Notes under the pieces: generated by a model
Told to the model about the DNA's origin: nothing
Databases searched by the model: none
What the model saw: the letters and a program-made list of their open reading frames with translations, nothing else
Part shown: piece by piece, positions 1 through 9,188 of the stretch
Layout: every line of letters starts with the position of its first letter
How positions within the stretch are numbered: position 1 is the stretch's first letter
Origin: Candidatus Electrothrix yaqonensis
Lineage (GTDB): Bacteria; Desulfobacterota; Desulfobulbia; Desulfobulbales; Desulfobulbaceae
Length of the DNA: 32,000 bases
Direction of reading: 5' to 3'
NCBI GenBank assembly: GCA_047651235.1
Contig: CP178758.1
Span: 2,400,001-2,432,000 of the forward strand
Made by a program: the position numbers and the translations under genes

Positions 1-852
1 GAACATCGGACCCAGATGGATACAACCTGGCTGGATCCGCCTAATTATCTCTCCCACCTTCCGGATACTGATCAGGAAAAAAACCGTCTGCTTTCCGGTG
101 TGTTCACCGTCGGTTTTGCCCGACGCTTTTCCACCTATAAACGGGCGGATCTTGTGTTCGAGAATATTCCGGCTCTGGCCAGAATTCTGGTAAAAAATGA
201 CTGGAAGATCAATTTCCTCTTTGCTGGCAAGGCGCATCCCCAGGATGAACCGGGAAAATCCGTACTGAAGCTGATTTTAGATAATCAGGAGGAGCTGTAC
301 CGCCTGAGTGAAGGACGGGCCCGGCTGGTCTTTATCCCGGGCTACGATATGCAGATCGCCAAAATGATGGTTGCCGGGGTGCATACCTGGCTCAATAGTC
401 CAAAACGTCCGCTGGAGGCTTCAGGAACCAGCGGCATGAAGGCTGCCATGAACGGGGTGCCCAACCTGAGCGTTATGGACGGCTGGTGGGTGGAAGGATA
501 TCATGAGGGAGCAACCGGCTGGAAGTTCGGGTATGATGGGCCGCTCAGGGCGGACAGCCTGAGTGAGCATCCGGACACCCTGCTCTATGCCGAGGATTCG
601 CAGTCCTTTTACCGGCTGCTCCCCAAAGTCCTTGAGCTTTTTTACGCGCATCAGGAAAAATATCTGCAGATCGCAGTGAATAATTTACGGCTCAACGTTC
701 CTATTTTCAACACCCACCGGATGGCAGCCGAGTATGTGCGTAAATACGATATCGAGCTGTCCCCTGAAACTGCTGCTCAGGTGGCCGGATTTCAGAAACT
801 GTATCAGAGCGACATTGAAAGCGATACCGAGAGTAACACCGCTGATGCCTGA
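1..852 (+). CDS. glgP: alpha-glucan (glycogen/maltodextrin) phosphorylase, C-terminal part; 5' end lies outside the window
   Basis: Frame 1 is open from base 1 to the stop at 850-852. It contains EASGTSGMKAAMNG, the PLP-lysine motif of GT35 phosphorylases, and MDGWWVEGY, typical of the short alpha-glucan phosphorylase clade. Confidence 0.85.
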   Translation, partial: EHRTQMDTTWLDPPNYLSHLPDTDQEKNRLLSGVFTVGFARRFSTYKRADLVFENIPALARILVKNDWKINFLFAGKAHPQDEPGKSVLKLILDNQEELYRLSEGRARLVFIPGYDMQIAKMMVAGVHTWLNSPKRPLEASGTSGMKAAMNGVPNLSVMDGWWVEGYHEGATGWKFGYDGPLRADSLSEHPDTLLYAEDSQSFYRLLPKVLELFYAHQEKYLQIAVNNLRLNVPIFNTHRMAAEYVRKYDIELSPETAAQVAGFQKLYQSDIESDTESNTADA

Positions 853-906
853 CAATGTTCTGACAACAGGCAGAGGCAGATCAAAAGAAGGAGAGAAGGA
901 GAACCC

Positions 907-1326
907 ATGGCCCGTCATATCAATCCGAGTCGATCCACCAACAAAGCCATTGACGCCCTTGACCGGAAACGGGAACGGGAACGCCGTTTTCTCCTGAACA
1001 CGGCCAGAGAGACTGCGCCGGAGCTGGCCGTCAAACTGGTGCAGCGGCTCCTGGATGAGCATATTATCGAAACCAACGACCTTCATGCCATTCAGCAGGG
1101 CGTTGAGCGGCAGCTGCGCGAACCGGCCGGGATGGATGAATTCGAAATCCGTCTGAAGATTGCTGATATCCGGACGCTTGTTCCTGACCCCAATATCCTC
1201 AGCCTGTACCTGACCGCCTATATCATTAATGAGCTGATTGATCATCCGAAAATTCAGGATGTTTTCGGCGATGACATGGACGTCTACACAGCTGTGAACT
1301 CTGTTCTCGGTGCCATCAAAAAATAA
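907..1326 (+). CDS. hypothetical protein (139 aa), family not recognised
   Basis: A strong SD (aaggagagaaggaga) lies just upstream of ATG 907. The ORF is compact and sits in line with its neighbours. No catalytic motif was recognised. Confidence 0.55.
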   Translation: MARHINPSRSTNKAIDALDRKRERERRFLLNTARETAPELAVKLVQRLLDEHIIETNDLHAIQQGVERQLREPAGMDEFEIRLKIADIRTLVPDPNILSLYLTAYIINELIDHPKIQDVFGDDMDVYTAVNSVLGAIKK

Positions 1327-1384
1327 TAAGCAGGCTCAGACAGCGTCACACAAGGGAATCAGAGCAAAAAAGGCAGAGGGTGGG

Positions 1385-2692
1385 ATGGCTCCTTCAGCAC
1401 GTCGGACCAACCGGAAAGACAGCAGCAGGCCTGCTCTGCTCTTTGCCGACAGCAGCGGTGAAATCTTCGACTATGACGGTCTGCTCATGGCCGGAGCAGG
1501 GGGAGAGCATTTCTTCTGTCCGGAGCAGACAGAGCTGATTGAACTGCCTGAAGGGAGTGAACTGTTTGTCCTGCCCGGCAGACTGCCGGTGGGCATAGAA
1601 CCGGATACCGGAGAACCGGCGATGCTGGACTGTAATCCGTATACCGGTGAGCAAAATATATCCGCAGTGGCCGCCTTCATGGCTCCGGCTCATACCGCCG
1701 TGTATACAGCCGCCTACCAAAGCGGCCCTGATGCGCCTGTGCTGCCTCTGTTCGCCTATACAGCCGTGGGCTGGCTGGACGGCAAATTCTACGTGGCCGC
1801 CTTCCGCAGCGACCCGGATACCCGGCAGGATGCTGCCGAATTCGATCACGAGCGTATCCGCCGGAACACAGAAGAGCAGCTGAAGAACAACAGGAAAAAC
1901 CGCCTGATCCGGCATCTCGGTAAATGCTGCCTCACTTACGGCTGCCCGGCTGCCCGCAATTATTTTCTCGGCCGCTGGGAAGCCCCGCTGCCGACCTCGC
2001 CGGTCTGCAACGCCGTCTGTGTCGGCTGTATTTCTCTGCAGCCCTCCGGCTGCTGTCCCGCTACTCAGGACCGCATCCGTTTTGTTCCGACTGTGCAGGA
2101 ACTCGCGGAAATCGCCGTGCCGCACCTGCAGAATGCGCCCCGTCCGGTGGTCAGTTTCGGACAGGGATGCGAAGGAGAACCGCTGCTCCAGGGAGAGACT
2201 CTGGAGAAAGCGATCCGGCTGATCAGAAAACAGACTGACAAAGGGACGATCAATCTCAACACCAACGGCAGCCTGCCTGAGGTTGTAGAACGACTGGCCG
2301 GAGTCGGTCTTGATTCCATCCGGATCTCCATGAATTCCGCCCGGCCAGCGTATCATCAGCGCTATTACCGGCCCTCCGACTTCTCCTTCAGCGATGTACG
2401 CCGCTCGATTGAGGTCATGAAGGGGGCAGGGAGACATGTTTCCCTGAATTACTTCATCCTGCCCGGATTTACCGATGATCCGGAGGAATACGCAGCCCTG
2501 TGTGAACTTGTCGCCGCAACCGGCCCGGATCTCATCCAACTGCGCAACCTGAACATGGACCCGGAACTCTACCGAAAAGCTGTCCGACATGCCCCGGCCC
2601 GTCCGCCTATGGGTATGTTGGATTGGCTGCAGACCCTGAAAGAACAGTTTCCCGTCCTCCGGTTCGGCTATTTCAATCCCAGCCTGCGCTGA
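1385..2692 (+). CDS. radical SAM protein with a ~200-aa uncharacterised N-terminal domain
   Basis: CNAVCVGC matches the CxxxCxxC motif and GCEGEPLL is the glycine-rich SAM motif. The start is placed at ATG 1385 (SD gagggtggg) rather than the GTG 1310 extension given in the ORF track. Confidence 0.8.
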   Translation: MAPSARRTNRKDSSRPALLFADSSGEIFDYDGLLMAGAGGEHFFCPEQTELIELPEGSELFVLPGRLPVGIEPDTGEPAMLDCNPYTGEQNISAVAAFMAPAHTAVYTAAYQSGPDAPVLPLFAYTAVGWLDGKFYVAAFRSDPDTRQDAAEFDHERIRRNTEEQLKNNRKNRLIRHLGKCCLTYGCPAARNYFLGRWEAPLPTSPVCNAVCVGCISLQPSGCCPATQDRIRFVPTVQELAEIAVPHLQNAPRPVVSFGQGCEGEPLLQGETLEKAIRLIRKQTDKGTINLNTNGSLPEVVERLAGVGLDSIRISMNSARPAYHQRYYRPSDFSFSDVRRSIEVMKGAGRHVSLNYFILPGFTDDPEEYAALCELVAATGPDLIQLRNLNMDPELYRKAVRHAPARPPMGMLDWLQTLKEQFPVLRFGYFNPSLR

Positions 2693-2704
2693 AAGCTCTC
2701 CTGC

Positions 2705-3751
2705 TCAATCCGCCAACCTTGCCGTTACCTCCACCAACCGCTGTCCCGCCTCCTGCACGCCTTCCTTGTCATTCCGCTGGAAAAATTCCTGCGCCCTCTG
2801 CCATGCCTGGTGCATAGACTGCGCATTCTGCACGCTGCTGGCCAGAGTATGGCCGAAAAAATAATTTTCGGCAAAGTAATGGGTGAACTCCTTGAGCCGC
2901 CCCAGCCGCCGTTCCGGCACAAAACGTTCTGCCAGCGCTGCGACAAAATCAGCATAGATCGCTGGTAAACAGAGCTTCCTTGCTGGAATATCATATCCGT
3001 ACACCTTGCGGGCAATATCGGCAAAAATCCACGGGGTAAAGGCCGCTCCGCGCCCGATCATGAGGCCATCGGCATTGCTCAGCTGCAGACACTTTTCCGC
3101 GTCAGCCACTGAGAGCACAGAACCGTTGGCGATCACCGGGATGGAAAGCCATTCCTTCACCCTGGCCACTCGCTCCCAGTGCGGTTTGCGGCAGAAAGCC
3201 TCTGTGCGCAGCCGCGCATGAACGGTCAGCAGATCAATCCCCTCACCTTCCAGCATCAGGCAGAAATCATGTAATTGCGCCTCGCCCTCCTCGGACAAGG
3301 ACTCGCCGAGTCGGATCTTCGCGGTTAGAGGCAAATCGGTACAGCGCCTAGCTTCAGCGACAATCGCCCTGACCCGCTCCGGTGCGGCCATAAGCGAGCT
3401 CCCGCCCCCGGCCCGCCGTACCCGTGGTGCCGGGCAGCCCAGATTGAGATCAACAGCATCCGCTTTGCACCGGTGCAGGGCTTCCACTGCCGGTGCCACT
3501 TCAGCGGAATCCGTCACCAGCAGCTGGTAAGAAAGCGGCTGTTCCCGCTCCGTCCGGACAAGAAAAGGAGAACGCTGCGCATTTTCCCTTGGCAGCTTTC
3601 GGGCTGCAAGCATCTCGGTAGACAACAACCCCACCCCGCCGAAGTCCAGCAGCAGGGTGCGCAGGGCGGAATGGGTCAGCCCGGCCATGGGTGCCAGCAG
3701 CAGAGGAGGATCAAGGGCAAGGTACCGAATTTTCAGTTTACTTTTCCGCAC
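2705..3751 (-). CDS. dus: tRNA-dihydrouridine synthase (Dus family)
   Basis: Carries LLLAPMAGLTHSALR near the N-terminus, DLNLGCPAPRV (catalytic Cys loop) and a TIM-barrel-length ORF. It is convergent with the radical SAM gene, 12 nt apart. Confidence 0.85.
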   Translation of the reverse strand: MRKSKLKIRYLALDPPLLLAPMAGLTHSALRTLLLDFGGVGLLSTEMLAARKLPRENAQRSPFLVRTEREQPLSYQLLVTDSAEVAPAVEALHRCKADAVDLNLGCPAPRVRRAGGGSSLMAAPERVRAIVAEARRCTDLPLTAKIRLGESLSEEGEAQLHDFCLMLEGEGIDLLTVHARLRTEAFCRKPHWERVARVKEWLSIPVIANGSVLSVADAEKCLQLSNADGLMIGRGAAFTPWIFADIARKVYGYDIPARKLCLPAIYADFVAALAERFVPERRLGRLKEFTHYFAENYFFGHTLASSVQNAQSMHQAWQRAQEFFQRNDKEGVQEAGQRLVEVTARLAD

Positions 3752-3760
3752 GTATTGCCT

Positions 3761-4720
3761 CTATGATTTTGACAGGGGAGGATTTGACTCCCGGATAAAC
3801 TTCGTCAGCTTGTTGAGCTGCGCTTCCAGGTCATACATTGAAAAATCGGGTTGGTTCCGTTATCTGACGAGCCACCTTAACCTTATCGGCTTGTGTTGCC
3901 TTTCCTCCTCCCCCTTGAATCCTCAACGTGTTGTCATACTTTCCGAACGGGCCGATTTTCTTTGCCTTCGGATGAACCGCTTTAATTGCAGCTTTTACCT
4001 GCTCTGCGGGGAGGTAATTTTCAATTTCCCGACCTTTAGAAGCTGTTTTAAAAAATCGCCGGAACTGCGGACCCTCGCGGGATGTCTCTCGGCGGGTATT
4101 TCTACAACCGGTTGATTTCAGATGGATTCATCCACTCCAGAAGCTGTTTGAAAAACATGCTTCTTAGTTATCCAAGCATGACCCGGCCTGCTATCAAACT
4201 CGCCCTGTAGCCTTTGTTTCGTTGCATTGATGTCAGAATCTTCGTCTCTCCTGTCGCTGTCAATCAGGATCACACCCCGATTATTCAATCTGCGTAAGGA
4301 AATAAAATCGTCAACATGCTGCTGGTCTATCTCAGCATTGGACAAATGCGCCAGCAGCCTGCCACCATAAAACATAATACTGTAATGAATGCCTTCCACC
4401 AAGTCTTCATCTATACTCTGGAGCCACCAATTAAGATAAATTCTGTCCGACGGCCCTTCAACCCAGATGATGCAGTTTGCCTGCAGGAGATCTGAAGGAT
4501 GATAGTCCAAATCTTCACACACCGCTGATTTCTGGCGGCCGGATGTCACCCGCTCAACCACGGAAGCACCGTTGACCAGTCTGATGTGATAGATTTCGGC
4601 ATCAGGCACATCCATCAGCACGGCGGAATGGGTGGTGATGAAATACTGATTGCTGGTATGCGCGGCAAGGTAGCGGATCAGCTTGCGCTGGAGAATAGGA
4701 TTAAGATCAGGGCTGTTCAA
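3761..4720 (-). pseudogene. OLD-family (ABC-ATPase + Toprim) nuclease pseudogene: N-terminally truncated, with an internal 101-bp insertion and a C-terminal frameshift
   Basis: Residual ATPase tail QYFITTHS is followed by Toprim-like IIWVEGPSDRIY, ILIDSDR and GREIENYLP. The reading frame breaks at 4118. It resumes in another frame (4032 downward: KGREIENYLPAEQVKAAIKAVHPKA...) and shifts again at the T-run near 3845 (…DFSMYDLEAQLNKLTKFIRESN, stop 3761-3763). Confidence 0.6.
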
Positions 4721-4722
4721 TT

Positions 4723-5175
4723 CTAAAAAATCCCGGCGTAATCAAACAGACGATTTATATCCATACAGTTCCTGAAAAGCTCCCGGCTGACATTTTTCAC
4801 CTTGTTCTTACGAAGAATATTGAGAGCAAAGCTCCTCAGTTTTGCAATCACATCGTTTCCCGTTTCAGCGGCGGCCTGAAGAGTTTTTTTCTGACAATGA
4901 AGGGCGTCGAAGGTAAAAATGCGGTCGGATAAACCGAGTTCTTTCATCAGTTTCCGCGCCGCCGGGATTTCATTGCTTTTCTCCTTGATTTCTTCATGGC
5001 CGAGAACGACAGCGCGGTCGCCGGCAAAAGCGCTCAATATCTGAAGCTGATTAATATCCTTCATGTTATCGAAACTTCCCCGGAGAGTTTTGCCGTCGCA
5101 ATGAATAAATTCTCCGTCCGGTTCCTCTTCCGCGAGAGCTTTGCCGTGCTCCCTGAAAATCCGCTCAAGTTCCGA
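4723..5175 (-). mobile_element. ISAs1-family (H-repeat-type, IS4-like DDE) transposase remnant; only about 150 C-terminal codons remain and an internal deletion is likely
   Basis: [14 protein letters not shown]...ILSAF...FTFDALHCQKKTL...KLRSFALNILR matches my recollection of ISAs1 transposases. The rest of the 348-aa track ORF is antisense to the alaS fragment. No terminal inverted repeats were identified. Confidence 0.55.
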
Positions 5176-5176
5176 A

Positions 5177-5745
5177 CCGGAAGGTTCCTTTACTGTGCAG
5201 TCCACCAAAGCGGCTGCCGAGGGCCTGATTCTGCACAGCGGTACGGTGACGGAAGGAACATTGGCTGCCGGACAGCAAGTCTCCATGCAGGTGGCGGACA
5301 GCCGTTTTGCCACAGCCCTGAACCACACGGCTACCCATCTGCTCCACGCGGCCATGAAGCAGATCCTCGGTGCCCATATCAAGCAGGCCGGTTCTTTGGT
5401 CCGGTCAGACCGGCTGCGCTTTGACTTCACCCATTTTTCCCCAGTCACGCCAAAGGAAATCCGGGCCATTGAAGAACTGGTCAACCGGGAAATCCGCAGA
5501 AATTCCCCAGTGAAAACAGCAGTCCTCTCCAAAGAGGCCGCCATTGCCGACGGTGCAACAGCCCTGTTCGGCGAGAAATACGGCGATGAGGTCCGGGTGG
5601 TGACAGTACCCGGTTTTTCCAAGGAACTCTGCGGTGGTACCCATACCTCGGCCACCGGCAATATCGGTCTGTTCAAGATCATTGCCGAAACCGGAATTGC
5701 TGCCGGGGTGCGCCGTATCGAAGCGGTCACCGGCCAGGCTGCGCT
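5177..5745 (+). pseudogene. alaS: alanyl-tRNA synthetase fragment (beta-barrel plus editing domain only); it lies inside an intact 215-aa ORF (5141..5788)
   Basis: [12 protein letters not shown] (HxxxH), [34 protein letters not shown] and [12 protein letters not shown] are near-collinear with the E. coli AlaRS editing domain as I recall it. The aminoacylation domain and C-Ala domain are absent. Confidence 0.75.
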
Positions 5746-6269
5746 GAATTCGCATCGACCATCCAGCAACCATCCTCTGATTCAGTAGACTGATTGTGAA
5801 AACCGAGCAGAACACTGCAGAAAAGCCGTCCCAAAAACGCAGTCCCCGCAAAAAAACGGCGACCTGCCGGAAAAAAACAGCCGCAGTACGATCATGTGCC
5901 GATCATTTTTTTTCTGCTGATCATTTTCAGCTTTGCCCTGCTGTGTATCGGCCTCGCCCTGACGCCGTTTCTTGCTCCGGATGCACCCAAGGCCCCGGCA
6001 GCAGGCATTTTTTTCGGAGAGAAAAATCTGTCCCGCCTTCTGTCAGTCTCCCTGCTGAACAGGCCCAAGTTAAAGTATCCTGGAGGCATGAATACAAATA
6101 ATCTCTGGCCGGATTTCTGACTGTGACGTTTTCGGATATGCCGCAGCTTTTTCGGAAATGCTTGACAGCAGTATAGGCGCGGGGATACTATGGAATGAAA
6201 ATTTAATAACAACGGAACTTGCTGACAGGTCATTGACAATTTCATAGTTGCGTTTATTCTCATCCGGTT

Positions 6270-6826
6270 ATGAAGATAAAGACATATTCTCCTGAGATAG
6301 AAACGCGAATGCGTAATTTTTACGGCAGCCTGTCTGAAAAAGACCGCCGTCGATACGCCGCAGTTGAAGCGGGAAAGTTCGGATACGGCGGCATAACGTA
6401 TATATGCGACGTGTTGCGGTGTGATTCTGACCGGGTCCGTCGCGGGATTGAGGAGCTGAAACAGCCTCTGCCTGAAAAAGAGGAACGAATCCGCAAACCG
6501 GGCGGGGGACGTAAATCCGTCCTCTCGACCGCCGTCGGCCTTGATGACGCATTTTTCGCAGTGCTGAAAAAACACACGGCGGGTTCGCCTATGGACTGTA
6601 TGATATATACAGTAATATCGGTTACATCACATTAGGGACAAGCGGTGACACCTCCGAGTTCGGGTGCGCCTGTATTCGGAACTGGTGGACGACACATGGA
6701 AAATCTGAATTCCTCTTCGAGACAGGCCGCAAAACGGCTGACGGTTTTAAAGAAAATATGAAAATTCACTTCGACGAGTTTCTGCCGAAGTGGAATTATG
6801 CCGCTGTTCCGTCAGGACGGCTTTGA
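6270..6826 (+). mobile_element. ISAzo13-like transposase remnant with internal deletions
   Basis: The N-terminal segment (LSEKDRRRYAAVEA...GGI..ICDVL.C....VRRGIEEL...IRKPGGGRK) is joined after a frame break to a DTSEF..CIRNWW segment and a terminal FLPKWNYAAVP. Most of the DDE core is missing. Confidence 0.5.
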
Positions 6827-6917
6827 ATCCCATAGTTATTTAATTCCCGTTCCTATGAATAAAGTGCTCACCGGCTCTGCTCTGCCTGCAGGAACAACAA
6901 CAAAATAGACAAACAAA

Positions 6918-8132
6918 ATGAAATCCGTTGAGGAACAGATAGCCCTGATCGAGCGCGGGTGCGCGGAGCTTATTGCCCGTGACGAGCTGGAAAAAAAGCT
7001 CCGGTACGCTGTTGACAACAACAAACCCCTAGTTGTCAAGGCAGGTTTTGATCCGACAGCTCCTGATCTCCATCTTGGCCATACTGTGCTGCTCCACAAA
7101 ATGCGTCAGTTCCAGCATCTCGGTCATACGATCAACTTTCTGATCGGTGATTTTACCGGCCTGATCGGTGATCCCACCGGTAAATCCGAGACCAGGCCGC
7201 CGCTGACCCGTGATGATATTGCCCGCAATGCCGAGACCTATAAAGAGCAGGTTTTTAAAATCCTGGATCCGGCAAAAACCAAAATTGTATTTAATTCTAC
7301 TTGGCTCGGCGAACTCTCTTCCTATGAAATGATTCGCTTGGCATCGGAACTGACTGTTGCCCGGATGCTGGAACGGGATGATTTTAAAAAACGGTTTGAG
7401 GCCAACAAGCCGATCTCCATCCATGAATTTTTCTATCCCCTGATTCAGGGATATGATTCCGTAGCCATGAAGGCAGATGTGGAGCTGGGCGGTACCGACC
7501 AGCTGTTCAATCTGCTCATGGGCAGAGAAATGCAGCGCTCCCGGGGAATGCAGCCTCAGGTTATCCTGACCATGCCCCTGCTGGAAGGGCTGGATGGGGT
7601 CAATAAGATGAGTAAATCGCTGGGTAATTATATCGGTATCTCGGAATCAGCAGATGAGATCTTCGGTAAGGTACTGTCTGTGAGCGATGAGCTGATGTTC
7701 CGTTATTACGAGCTGCTCAGTGACCTGTCCCTGGAAGAAATCAGCTGGCTGCAACAGGAGATGGAACAGGGCCGGGTTCATCCGAAAGCAGTCAAGGTGC
7801 GGCTTGCCAAGGAGCTGGTGGCACGGTTTCATGATCAGGAGGCGGCAGAGGCGGCGGAGCAGAATTTTGAACGGATCTTTAAACAGCATGAGCTGCCTGA
7901 AGAAATGCCGGAGAAAACCGTCACCGTGGACGGTAATTCCATCTGGCTGCCGAAACTGTTGCTTGAGGCCGGGCTGGTCAGCTCGACCTCTGACGGCCGC
8001 AGGATGGTGAAACAGAATGCGGTATCTGTCAACGGAAACAAGGTGACAGACGTGCATGCAGAAATCCCGACCGGAGATGAAGTTCTGCTGAAAGTCGGAA
8101 AACGTCGCTTCTGCAGGGTGCAATTCTCCTGA
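6918..8132 (+). CDS. tyrS: tyrosine--tRNA ligase
   Basis: Contains the HIGH motif as DLHLGH, the KMSKS motif, and a C-terminal S4-like RNA-binding domain ([17 protein letters not shown]). Confidence 0.95.
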   Translation: MKSVEEQIALIERGCAELIARDELEKKLRYAVDNNKPLVVKAGFDPTAPDLHLGHTVLLHKMRQFQHLGHTINFLIGDFTGLIGDPTGKSETRPPLTRDDIARNAETYKEQVFKILDPAKTKIVFNSTWLGELSSYEMIRLASELTVARMLERDDFKKRFEANKPISIHEFFYPLIQGYDSVAMKADVELGGTDQLFNLLMGREMQRSRGMQPQVILTMPLLEGLDGVNKMSKSLGNYIGISESADEIFGKVLSVSDELMFRYYELLSDLSLEEISWLQQEMEQGRVHPKAVKVRLAKELVARFHDQEAAEAAEQNFERIFKQHELPEEMPEKTVTVDGNSIWLPKLLLEAGLVSSTSDGRRMVKQNAVSVNGNKVTDVHAEIPTGDEVLLKVGKRRFCRVQFS

Positions 8133-8140
8133 CCGCTCTG

Positions 8141-8581
8141 TCAGTTTACAGCTGAGGTTTCCTTCTGTTTCTTTTTTGCCGTTGCTTTGTTCCGGCACCC
8201 CCGGCACTCTCCGATGAATTCCACCCGATGCCCCAGAATCTGATATGATGTTCCTGCGGCAGCCTCCTGTGTAATTGTTTTCAGTACTTCAACAGCAATA
8301 TCATCTATTCTTCCGCACTCGCTGCAGCGGATATGGTAGTGCGGCTTGGTAGTGGCATCAAAACGTTTTTGTGACCCGCCCAGTTCGAGCTTCAGAATCA
8401 TGCCGTTGTCCGCCATGAGTTCAAGATTTCTATATACCGTTCCCAAACCGATTCTCGGTAACCGTTTTCTTACCATTTCATACAGTTCGCAGGCAGTCGG
8501 ATGGCTTTTTGTACTGGAGAGTTCTTCGAGCAGAATTTGTCGTTGGGTTGTCAGGCGGATCATGGGGGAAGGGGGCTTCAT
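8141..8581 (-). CDS. Fur-family metalloregulator (Fur/Zur/PerR not resolved)
   Basis: Has a winged-helix segment (HPTACELYEMVRKRLPRIGLGTVYRNLELM), two CxxC pairs (CSECG, CRGC) and HYH. An alternative start lies at Met7 (8563). Confidence 0.85.
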   Translation of the reverse strand: MKPPSPMIRLTTQRQILLEELSSTKSHPTACELYEMVRKRLPRIGLGTVYRNLELMADNGMILKLELGGSQKRFDATTKPHYHIRCSECGRIDDIAVEVLKTITQEAAAGTSYQILGHRVEFIGECRGCRNKATAKKKQKETSAVN

Positions 8582-9188
8582 AACAGCTCCTGATTACTGA
8601 TGAAAGGGGGAAATTGCCGGTTACACCTGGTAAGTGTTATGTTCTATGTATTCGTGTGCCCGTGTATTTACCGGTCCGTAAAATGGATGTATTGTACAAA
8701 TTGTGTTTTCCAGAGGTATCTGTGTATATCAGACAGATATGCAGATAGAACAGCAAATAGCACCGGAGATAGGAAGATATTCAGATATTTCCGGAGAGCG
8801 GATAAAAAATCTTCAAGGACTCCAATATGGTCAACTTTTATTTATAAAACACTTTTCAGGAATGTCAAGTTGAATAAAAAAAAGCTCTTTTCTGATTGAT
8901 GAAGTCTGTAAGGAAAAGGTTCAGCAGTTGTTTCAATAGAATTGCTAGGGGATGATTAGGAAGTCTTCTGCTGTTGGAGTTTTGTTATTTTTGAGCAGAA
9001 CGGAGGGAATGGAGCATGTTGAACGCCGGAACAGTCTACAGAACGCATACGGCTTAACCGGCTGAGAAAATATGGAAAAACAGAGGTGAAGTCCGCCGTT
9101 AAGTACACGGAGCATGGACGCGGCAGTTGCACCATCGCCTTTTTAAGGAGGAACAGTCTGTCCGGTTGAACGATACAGAATAGGAGAC

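Noticed and set aside
1394-2590. 398-aa ORF on the minus strand inside the radical SAM gene. Similar long antisense ORFs occur at 28376-29866 (priA), 23201-24400 (cytochrome), 27007-27672 (galU), 11610-12317 (lyase), 9318-9935 (trpF), 16467-17258 and 17876-18598 (AsnB-like and Zn-ribbon genes), 19376-19942, 7647-8207 and 14369-15022.
   Set aside because: Each lies wholly antisense to a gene with clear family motifs. Their products are Arg/Gly/Pro/Ser-rich and of low complexity, with no recognisable domains. These are typical shadow ORFs of moderately GC-rich DNA.
3657-4115. 152-aa plus-strand ORF between dus and the OLD fragment.
   Set aside because: It overlaps the dus start and is antisense to sequence that translates on the minus strand into convincing OLD/Toprim C-terminal segments (GREIENYLP...).
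4723-5769. 348-aa minus-strand ORF listed as a single protein.
   Set aside because: Only the C-terminal ~150 aa (4723-5175) resemble an ISAs1 transposase. The N-terminal 200 aa are the antisense shadow of the alaS fragment. It is a chimeric open frame, not a gene.
5796-6120. Two overlapping + strand ORFs (a Lys/Arg-rich 101 aa and a hydrophobic 74 aa). Together they could be a frameshifted N-terminus of a membrane-anchored protein such as a class A PBP.
   Set aside because: No diagnostic motif is present. The idea rests only on a basic-then-hydrophobic pattern, which is too weak to annotate.
9080-9150. aggtgaagtccgcc string reminiscent of the GGUGAAAUCC segment of cobalamin riboswitches.
   Set aside because: No B12 box (GCCACUG-like) is present and no downstream + strand gene exists to regulate. 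The resemblance is limited to about 10 nt.
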